Source: Sphaeroforma arctica JP610 (lineage: Eukaryota). Taken from it: a stretch of 34,770 nt of DNA. Below, in pieces: positions 12,001 to 22,785 of the stretch. The stretch spans positions 1 to 34,770 of the forward strand of contig NW_014039714.1 in the NCBI RefSeq assembly GCF_001186125.1, given 5' to 3'. The notes beneath the pieces were generated by a model. That model did no database searches, had not been told where the DNA came from, and worked only from the letters and a program-made list of their open reading frames with translations. Within the stretch, counting starts at the first letter, position 1. The number at the start of each line of letters is the position of its first letter. The translations under genes and the position numbers were made by a program.

Positions 12001-13392
12001 ACCAACTAACAACAACTAGTCGACTCCATACTATTCGCCTATTCAGTGATGGAACTAGATGACATCGTGATACTCTCACCAAACCTCCGTACAGTAACAA
12101 CGAAAATATATACACCACCATGGCATGAACTATATATACATCGCTCGCCTAATAATCCCATATTTTATAACGTACTGTTAGCGGCTTAGGATTTCTTTAT
12201 GAACAAGCATTCCTATTCAAAACCTGTCAATGGTACAACTAAATGCCATCGTGGTACTCTCACCTGTGGACCGTAGATGTTGTGGAAGCGCGCAATACGT
12301 GTATTCATGCCAAAGTCCTTGGCATAGTGTTTGTGTAGTTCCTCTGACATCAGCTTCTCCAGGCCGTAAGCATCCTAGCATGCAGGTTTCGGTAAAAACA
12401 TCGTGCTTTATCAGTATAAGAAACATCGTAGGCTATCTGTATGAATACGCACTATCTAAACAGGTTTCCTTATACTAAACCCTAAAACCCTGAATTGAGT
12501 GAGGCGCATATCAACACCGAACAGACATGTCATAGCACGCCAGACAACAGTTGTAATTCGTACCAAAAAGGTTCGTATATAAGGGCTTTCAGGGTTTAAG
12601 CTAAAAGAAATTAGACCCCTTTTTTTGAAATGATCAATTTCAATCCAATCCTACAGCTATGAGTACATATACATACTCCTCGCCGAATCAAGTACAACAT
12701 ACTAACCTAATGGCCTGTTCCAATTAACTGGCTTTGGGTTTATCTTTGGGTTTCACACTCACACAGATACTTTCATACACACAGCAAATTCACTCGCACT
12801 CTCTAATATCAGTACACTGTAAAACAACTGACAATCTAGCGTATCCATGTCAACATAGCACGCGCTGCTTGTCGTTCAGACGCGCTGTCGTATTTACCTG
12901 GGGAGCGGCCGGCCAAGCGTCTACCTCTTTAAGCCCTGGATTGTCTACACAGTCCTGGATGTGTTCTGGGTATATACAGGCGGACGAGGCATAGAACACG
13001 GTTTTCGCCTGGAGAGTGGGAGTGATTGTGAATAGTGAGTGAATGCTGTTGTAGCGGTACGCCGGTGGGATAATAGAGAAAGAAAAACAATTGGTCGTGA
13101 TTCAATGGACATTAAAACTAGCTAACTAGTAGGGTAACTCAGCGGTGATAGAGCACCAATGACTACCAGTTATTAGAACATCAATATCATATCTCGGCCC
13201 CTATTACATATATATATATATATATATATATGAATATATGAATATATGTATATAGTATTTATATATATAAATATATATATATATGCATATATTGACGCTA
13301 CCACCGTGCATACTATATATAGACGATACCACAATATTTACTCCATAAATTGACGATACCACTGTGTATACTCTATATTGACATTGTCGCAA

Positions 13393-13423
<31 letters not shown>

Positions 13424-15878
13424 TGATGATACTACATTATATACTATATATATATATTGACGTTGCCTCTTTATATGCTATAAATTTTGACGTTGCCACT
13501 ATATATACTATATATATATAGACGGTATATTCATATGCACTATACATATATTGACGCTACCTCTATACTTCGAACTTTTAGAGCCGGAACTGCTACATAA
13601 CACGCAGCATGCTCACAGACTTAATCCTGCTATATGCCAATCCCCTGTTTCTGAATTTTCCAATAGATAAATCAAGCAAACAGATACCTTGGCCTCACGA
13701 GCCGCTTCGAGTACGTTGACACTAATCATCGTATTGTTGTATAGGATAAGTGAATGGTTCGACTGGATGAAACCCATACCACCCATATCTGCCGCTAGAT
13801 TGTATACAATATCCATGCCCTTTGTGGCAGCGGCAGCCACAGACTTCTCTCGGAGATCGCCCAAAATGAACTCATCGCAGTACTCGCTCTGAGGTAGTTG
13901 TGTGGTGTGTTAGTCGATGAGGTTAGTAGGAGGCTGTGGGTTGCAGTTGGGTTCGTCTTACGCGTAGGCATGGCTGCCACTACAATTTACTATAGTTCAG
14001 TTGAATTGTTTTGATAATTTACTATCATTTAGTTTTAAATTTACTATATCTTAGTTTAAATTATGTTATCATGCGATATTATACAAGACACAATTAGTTA
14101 GTTGATTTTGCCAGGGTTCCTACTGTAACAGAGCATATACCTCCATGAGCGCACCACTCATATAGAAGCGATACTTCCACCAACCATCATGATATACTGT
14201 CTTTCAATTAAAAGAAATAGGGTTCGACCTGAAAACATTCACCCCCTTCCCCAAAATCACTATGGCAACGAATTGCGATCATTAATATTATGAAGCGTGG
14301 TAACTATTTCGACAAGAGTGCCACACATATAAGCGTGTTATCATAGTTAGTCTCTCGTCTCTAAGTATGATTCGGTATTATGAAGCGTGGTAACTATTTC
14401 GACAAGAGTGCCACACATATAAGCGTGTTATCATAGTTAGTCTCTCGTCTCTAAGTATGATTCGGTATGCGCATAGGTAGTATTGACCATATTTAGGAGC
14501 GAGTTCGAGAGTATCATTTGAGATAACATGAGCGATTCATTGGCAACTATTCACAGTCAAGAAAAATAGGCCTTGCCATGCACCTAATGCTATGCAATAA
14601 CTCAAACTTTACTACCATACAGTTCAGGATGTGAACTCAACAACACAAGATAAGTCTCAGTACACCGTATACAATTCATACAAATTACATGACGAAGGCG
14701 ATACAAACACACATGCCGTATCCAAACGCGAGTACATTTGTCTATTTTTTTCAAGCCTTACGCTCTAATAATAATGAACACACAATCAGTTTGTAGGCGT
14801 TGGCGTACTGAGGCATCTACGATACAAACCCGCTATTCGATACTCTCAAGTTTTCAGCACAGTGCTGCATTATCTATTGCGGTTTCAATTCATTTGCAAT
14901 CTCCGACTTGGTCGGTTTGCATGTATACAATATCTACTATGTATAGAGATATGCAATGTATTATATTATTAGTCGCACATGATTGTGGTGTATTGTAGAA
15001 ACTGAGGAGCTCAAACTCTGAACTTCTGCATAGATATGCATGAAAGTCGCCATTGAAATATTGGTGCAGAAATTAATAAATCCAAATGAAAACCAATCGT
15101 TTCACTGTCAGTTATGTGTTCATGCGTTGTACAGAAGTAACAAACACAATCCTAGTTGAGACGCACACAAGTTGGTTGAGGAGTACTATATTTATGGATA
15201 TAAGATTGTCATCTTGGATCCCATATTCATCAGTTGCTTTCTATCTACTACACTTATAAAGTGTATCGATGAGTATTACACATCATATTCTGTTCAAAGC
15301 TCACTCTCAGTACATTACCACTGATAGCGTGAACAGTCAGAATATAAATGCTTCTGCACTATTTCTTCTTGCCATCAGACTGTATTCAATTTATAATCAA
15401 TTGTTTTTTACCATGAATGTAGCACGAAGGCGGTTTTCATATAACTCCAAACGTGTCTCGGTATGTATGTTGTGTTTTTCCCACTCTGTTATAGCCGTAG
15501 GCGCGCACATACCGCGCGCTTCAAAGGAAGGAGGTCATACAGAGCGTAGCATACGTCGACAAAGAGTGAGTATATCTAGGTGCAAATAATCGTGTACACA
15601 AGCAATAACAGTATTGGTAAATCTCACGCCAGCGATAATACCTGTGCGAACCTTGATAATCGCCTATTGTGAATTTGGGTTGTTCAAAATCAGTACATAC
15701 ATAGTGATACTTGTAAACCAACAGCATACTGTAATTTATCACTTACTTCTTGGAAGTATTCGTTGCGCTTCCAATCCACTACTCGCACGTGGTTTCCATT
15801 TTCCTTTAATTTCTTGGCCAGGTGCGATCCGATGAAGCCACCGCCCCCGCATACAACACAGTTTTTTCCTGTCGGCAT
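9008..15878 (-). CDS. GME: GDP-mannose 3,5-epimerase (extended SDR), 385 aa. Exons 15878-15747, 13888-13688, 13008-12898, 12374-12264, 11607-11362, 11020-10874, 9217-9008
   Basis: All junctions are gt/ag and in frame. GME-diagnostic peptides: GGGGFIGSHL (NAD-binding), VDWKRNEY, NLAADMGGMGFIQSNHSLILYNNTMIS, FYASSACIYPE (catalytic Cys), DAWPAAPQ|DAYGLEKL (YxxxK), RIARFHNIYGP|GTWKGGREKAPAAFCRK (catalytic Lys), EMWGDGLQTRSF, IPGPEGVRGRNS, GLRKTYYWIKDQ. The last exon is less certain because a gap lies in intron 6. Confidence 0.95.
13285..13565. repeat. Intronic minisatellite (atattgacg-n-taccac units interspersed with TA runs)
   Basis: About 8 degenerate copies. Confidence 0.7.
14286..14468. repeat. 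Perfect 90-bp tandem duplication in GME intron 1
   Basis: tattatgaagcgtggtaac...gtatgattcgg at 14286 and 14376. Confidence 0.9.
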
Positions 15879-17554
15879 TTTATACAAAGTGTTATCTCTA
15901 TATAAACGGGTAATTGTATTCTATTATTATATAGTTTTACACATACGTAGGGTACAAGTGTTTAAAAAACCTATACTGTACAACTACGCCTGCATAAGTA
16001 CCTTTTCAGCTTTACCCTGCTGAAAAATATGTGAACAATTTGATGACATACATAGCCTTCTAAATTACACATCTAAATCATAATTATTAATTATGATTAT
16101 GAAGATACGCAGGCCGTCGCACTGTCGCAGCCACTCGCAGGGCCGCCTCCTCGAGGGACTTCTTTCAGAACTGTTTATTTATAATTTATGACAAACTTAG
16201 CAACCGAACACAGTAACCGATGCATAAGAGACCAATCAAAACACTTAATTCTGACAGATTTTAAAATGTGTCCAAAATAGGGAAAACGTGGAGCCTTCGG
16301 CCCTTCGTCTTCTAATAAAGTTTAACTCACTTTCCTTTTTGTTTTTCAAAAAATATAGACAATTGAGTATGTTCATTATTGTACAGGCATAGCCTTCTAA
16401 ATTATACAAGAAGTAGGCTATGAGAAAGTCTCGAAATGTAATGTGAATACACACGGTGACGATTAACACTCACCGACTCACACTGCTGACTGTGGTCTGT
16501 GACTCGTGAGTGTGAAAGTCTGTGACAGTCGATCTAAAACAATACCGAACTTTAACTTTTAGTGCCACCACGCTTGCCTCTCTACTGGCTACTACTAAAT
16601 GGCTACATGTACATTCTCTAGAGAGTAGTAGAATCCAGAAATTCATAATTTCGCTCAGGGAGAGAGAGGGAGAGCAGAGACAGTCAGTGGAGCGTCTGGG
16701 AGCGAGTCAGAGATGTATGTTAGGCGAACACTCTGTAGTCTGTGAGTTTTATATGTATAAAGAAATACAGAACACATAGTGTGCTGTCTAATAACGCTTT
16801 ACCCTGTGTACAATCACTATTGCTATGAATAATTGTATATAAATATACTCTATTGCACTACATACTCATTCCAACATTGAAATACCTGATGGCTCTAGTA
16901 GAAAGAATACATTTTGAAACAACACCCGTGACTTTCCTCTCCCCATAGAAAGAAGCACATTGAAATTTTACTTTTTGTTTAGAGTCAATATATCGCAATG
17001 AACAGTCAGACCTCGATGACATTGAAGAGATCCACAAAAACAACTGAAAAATATATATTCTTACAGTAAGACATCCTTCCAAATAGATCAACGCCTACTA
17101 AGTCACACCTACCAGTAACGGAACCCAATGTCGCCGCTGCGATCAAGCGAAAGGTTGTGCGATATAATTGAGAATGCATATTTTTTCATGGGTATGTATT
17201 TATTACACATCTACAGACGTGGTTTGGATAAGTTGGTATCTGATTTTTGTATTTTATTTCTGGATATGCGAAAATGTATGTATTTATGATGCAACAAGCA
17301 CTACTTGTGTGTTCACACTTGTAACGTATAGTGACCCGCTCAGGAATATGTAATACATATAAACTCGTTGATATGATCATGCACCAAGAAGATATGTATA
17401 CAATACATACACACACACACGCACATAACTCTGTAAACAGTAGGAAAAGTATGCGTATTAACACATATGGTGCATATAATTACCTATTTTTTTTGTAATC
17501 GTATATACTTACAAACCATACTTATCTACGTATTATATATATTATATATTATAT

Positions 17555-17596
<42 letters not shown>

Positions 17597-17617
17597 TATA
17601 TATATGTAATATATTAT

Positions 17618-17674
<57 letters not shown>

Positions 17675-18293
17675 ATATATGGAGTAGTATTACATCGAAG
17701 AATCGAATCCCCTTCCGAACTGAGTTATAGTTTAAGTGTTGATTTACAGACCGATTGTTGGTCGTAGGTATATAACGATACATTTCCCTGAGCAGATTGA
17801 CACATACAGACAGCAACCAATGAGAAATCAGTGGGCAGACAAAGCTCACACTTGGGCTTCTGCGATAGTCCGAATGACGGTACGGTGAAACCACTTAATG
17901 ATTTTTTTTTGTGTGAGGGTGGCAGAGAACCGCTGTGTGAGCTGGCATTGTGGGAAATCCTTAGCGAAAGACGATGTGATACTCCGGATGATACTATACG
18001 CACGCAAAATAGAGAAAATGCCACATGTGCATGTGTATACATGGTGATGGATTTGTCCGCCTTGGGCGAATGGAGCCCTGCGCCAGCCACGAATTGTGCT
18101 AAGCTGTGCACTAGGATGAAGGTACGTTTGCTCACGACAGGACGCACGCTTCAACTCTGCGACAATAGGCACGCACATCGCCGTTTTCTCAATGTATACG
18201 TAAATACAGAAAGGTACGTATTATGGGCCGCAGTCATCCTCGGCCGCATTGCCACTGCAGATTGTGCCGTATACGTACAAGGTTTATAATCTT

Positions 18294-18550
18294 ACACCAG
18301 CATCACACCCATTAAAATGAAAAGAATTGTGCCACTCGTGAACTCAGAATTATTTAAGGTTGATTTCAGTCTACCTAAATCACATTAAAAATGAAAAGAA
18401 TTGTGCCACTCCTGAGCCCGAAATAGATACAAGGTTGATTCTAATACACCAGCATCACAGTAAAAATATTAAATAATGCCATTCCTGAGCCAAAATATAT
18501 ACAAACTTGAATTTAGTACACCAAAGTCACGCACGTTAAAAATGAAAGGG
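18294..18550. repeat. Degenerate ~70-80-bp tandem repeat
   Basis: acaccagcatcac / aaaatgaaaagaattgtgccactc / aaggttgatt units x3-4. Confidence 0.7.
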
Positions 18551-18717
18551 CTGGGCGGTATAGCTCATCAATGATTTCTGCGCACTTGTCAGCACACCAA
18601 TAGATTGATCGTGTCAGCTGAAATGGAGTACCGGAACATGCGCCCCATTAATACCGGGACGTGTGCACCATTAATACCGGGATACGTGTCCCCAGTTTAT
18701 TTAGATTTTCGATACCA

Positions 18718-21700
18718 TCATACGCCCGTTATTTCATAATGCATTTGATTGGCGCCGGCGCTGATGCTCAGTTCATGGCAGAGGTACTGAATGATCATCG
18801 CCGAGTAGGCCTCTGCGTGGATATCGAAGGACAGACAACTGACCTTATGCTCACACGTCAGGATACTGGTAACCATAGCAACGACATCCATAATAGTACA
18901 CCTGAACGGCAGCTGCGCAGCCTGTGCGGTGGTGCTGTGGGTCGTGTTGTACGCCTGGTACACCTCAGCGTGCGCGGCGAATCCTGCAGCCAGCTTGTTC
19001 AGCACCAGGCACCGCCGAATGTGCGCTGGTACGGATTGCCCCGTAGTTTGCGTAGCCCCCCCAACTGCCGACGGGAAGTAGTCCGCGACAAACCTGGACG
19101 CTACATACAGCGCCGCGGACGCTGACGATGGCGTTGGCGGTGGACGGCGTTGAGATTTAGCTACTCCGTCTACCCATGCCACCTGCACGCGCACAGACGC
19201 CAGGTCTTTCGCAAAGCACTGGAACTCTGCGTATGCCGGGGGCAGGAGCGAGCCAGTGACTAACTGTAGCCGCTCGTGTGGGATTGTTTCCCCTTGAGTA
19301 CCCAAGCGGCCGATAGTTTCAAAGTGCACCTGTACCTCTTTACTGCACGCGTGGAAGTAGTGTGCTCTCTCACACTCGGGGCCTCTTACCAGTCTGTGTC
19401 ATTTGTGCGGTTTCTCGGTGTCTTCGCTCTGGTTTAGCCGCGGCGCTTTGGCCTTTTTCTTCACGCCCTCCATGTATTTTTCCCAAAACGTAGCCGTTGC
19501 CCGAAACTTAAGGCCCAGGTGCGTATCGCCTGCGGTCTCAGCGGCGTGTGTTCCTAATTCTGATCGGTTATGGTACCGTTGAGTGTCCAGAATGGGCCTT
19601 TTATGTCCTTGTTGTATGTGCTGTACACAACGCTCGTGTCGCTCGTGTTTGATCTGCTGTAGTTGGTTGTCCTTTTTGCGTTTATTTTGAGCCAAATTGT
19701 ACGCTTTCAGATCTTCGTATGCTGCATTGCGTTCCCTTCGATCCCGCTGTGCACCCCGTTGGTCTGTTTCAAGGTCCACTTGCGCCTCTTTCTGCCGTTT
19801 GTTATCCATACGCATAGCCACTTTCAGACCGTCAAACCCGGCATAGGCGATATACACACTACTCTCCCTCGGCGGCCCAGGCCTCCTCGAAGGTATCACA
19901 CACTCAGCCAGGGCCGTGGTATACCCCGCAAGCGTATGCTGCACCAGCAGCCCACTCCCTTTGCCCGTAGTCACCACCTGCACGCCCCCGTGCGTAATCA
20001 GAGCAGCCATCTGTACCAGCAGATGTTCGGAACTTCTGATGTCCGTACAGGTTGTTGGTAGACCACGGGGCCTCCCGAGTGTGTGCGTTTCGGCTGGCTG
20101 CAGGTCTTCTTGGGCATCTATGTAACCAAAGAAGCGTACATCTGGATCCCAGCAACTCAGCAGGTGCTTTCTCGAGTGCATCGCTTTGGCGCCGTGGACC
20201 TCTTTGACATCACCGTCCAGCAGAAGGATATTGAATCCCTGTGTGTTACGCACAGCATTGTACACGTGACGTGACAAGAGTGGCGATAGAGGGGTCACGG
20301 GGATTTGAATAGGCGTTTCAGTTGGGTATGTAAGAGGCCGATCATGCCTCACTGAGACGTCAAGAAAAACACAACACAAATGCTACAGAGGAGCGGTTAC
20401 GGGTCCACAATAAGCTCATGTGAGGTGAAGCAGTACACAACCCTCTCGTATCGTACATACACCTTTTTCGCGCGACTATTAGTCACAGATACACACCCTT
20501 ACAAACACTCTAGCGTACACGTACACACTCATACAAACACTAGCGTACACGTGCGCACCAGAACACTCACCTGAGGATTGATGCGACACATCGTTGCGAG
20601 CTGCACGAGATGCGACACATCGTTGCGAGCTGCACGAGATGCGCATTGGTAGCCGAGCGCGACACTATATCGCGAATGGCCTTCCGCTCCATTAGCACAT
20701 TCATTACCCCACCACTCGGCTTAGACGTCCACACAAAGTCGGACTGCGGGACGTGCTCAATCACAACCGATACCGATACCGGTGCCCGGGTAAACTCCCG
20801 CTGAGCTAAGAGGTCCACCTTCTCGCTGATGCAAGTGCTCATCTCTGTGTAGTAGCTGTTGCTCTGGCGCTCTCGCTTGTCAATGACCAGCTCTACCGCG
20901 GTATCCCGGGCGTTGCTAATGGGCTGGGTACTGGGCTGGCTAGTGCTGCCACGGTTGGAGGTGCACTGCTTCACCTGACCTACGTTGCTCTCGCCTGCAC
21001 TCTGCGGCAAGTCCTCGTCCGAGTCCAGCACAATGCAGCTGACATGGCTATCCGGCGCTGGCGGCTTATTTGGCGCGGTTAAATTCACAAGTGTGATTTT
21101 AACGCGCTTTGACGGCGGTGCCTTATTTAGAGTTACAGTGGACTTGTCGGTGTGAGGGGTATCCCATGCCACTGAGGTGCGTATACTGCGCGGTGTGTGG
21201 GGCGCTTTCGTGAAGGTTGTGTTGAGTATGTCCGCGTCGGAATCGTCGCCCGATGAGCTGTCCAATGATATGACTGTGTATGAATCGTCCGGCCGATTGG
21301 TAGTACGAGAGATAGTATGAGTGGTAGTATGAGTGGTAGTATGAGAGGTAGTATGAGAGGTAGTATGAGTGATAGTAGGTTGTTGCGCCGGGGTGTCCGT
21401 GTGCAGGCTCCGCTCAGTTGCAGTCCTCTTAGTGCGACGTGCGAATGACGCTGGCCGGTGTTTCGCGGGTGTTGACCTGTATAGTGCACGTGTTTTCTGA
21501 TCACGTAAGTGTTGTGTATTTGTACTACTATCAGGCCCTACTGACAACTCAATCGAAACAGTCCGGGAGTCACTCGCGCCGATGTATGCTCCTCCGTTGG
21601 CAATTTGGAGATTGCCTTTCTTTTTTGTTACATCTGTGTGGTGTGTTGTCGTCGCCGTCAAGACATATGACATCGGCTGACACTGATCTCGTACGCTCGT

Positions 21701-22754
21701 TCAATGACTTACCCCTGCCCCGCAACCCGTTGTCTTGCTTGCTGCCCGTTCCACTATCAACCCCACCCCTCCCCACACCACACGCATTGCATATTGTCCT
21801 ACTACACTGACTCGAGACACCTTTCTGCGGCGGCACACGGCTACCGTGTTGTACTATGGATTGATTTGTATCTTGAGCTTTCGCTGTCAGTGGTTTGTTT
21901 TGTGCCTGGAATCCGGCCCGTCGCTCTGCCGCTGCCAACCGCCTTGCTCGCCCCGCCTCTGTATCTTCACTCACTGGACAGACACTCGCTGGGTGATGGG
22001 ACGACTCCACCGAGCGAGTACTATGTGCATGCCTAGATAGAGTCTCCATGGATGTCTGTACCAAGGTGTTTGTGGTTGTCGTATGCGTGTTGGTGGTGTT
22101 TCTGGCTGACTGTTGCGTGGTGCTAGGGGTGATGAGTGGTGTATAGTGGGGGGGTTACCGTGGTTGTGGAGTGCGTGGTCGAGGTCGTGTTGGTGCTGAT
22201 GTTCTGCTGGTTCAAGCCGTGCAGTCTCAGACTCTCTTTGATAGCTTGTTTCATTAGTTTGTCCTCCAACCCTTTGTAGAGCCCAGACTTATCATCCGAT
22301 AGCTGTAAAACCATTCAGTGGCAAAGACGGCATTAACGCGTTTCAATTTTTGCATATGAGAAGATTGGGAATCGTACTATCAGACGACTTGACATGGAAA
22401 AGGTAGCCCGCAAAGTACACGACTTCATCGATAACCTGCTGTAGGCAACTATCAACAACTTTACAACCCCGACCACTTGCACACGTCCGTATACACAACG
22501 GCTGAAATTACCACCACTGAGTTTAAGCAAAGGCCCGAAACGGCCAAGAAAGACTCGCCTCTCAACTCCTATGATCGTGGGTTTCATTTTAGCATACATA
22601 TCTCTAGTCATATACAACTCTGTAACTAAGTACATGATTTTGGGTAGTATGTGTAGGATAACCAGTCGGCTGTATGAATCATCACTGACTCGCACTCCAA
22701 CACACCGCATTTAACACTTTCACGACGCTTCGAGACGCTGATATATATATATAT

Positions 22755-22785
<31 letters not shown>

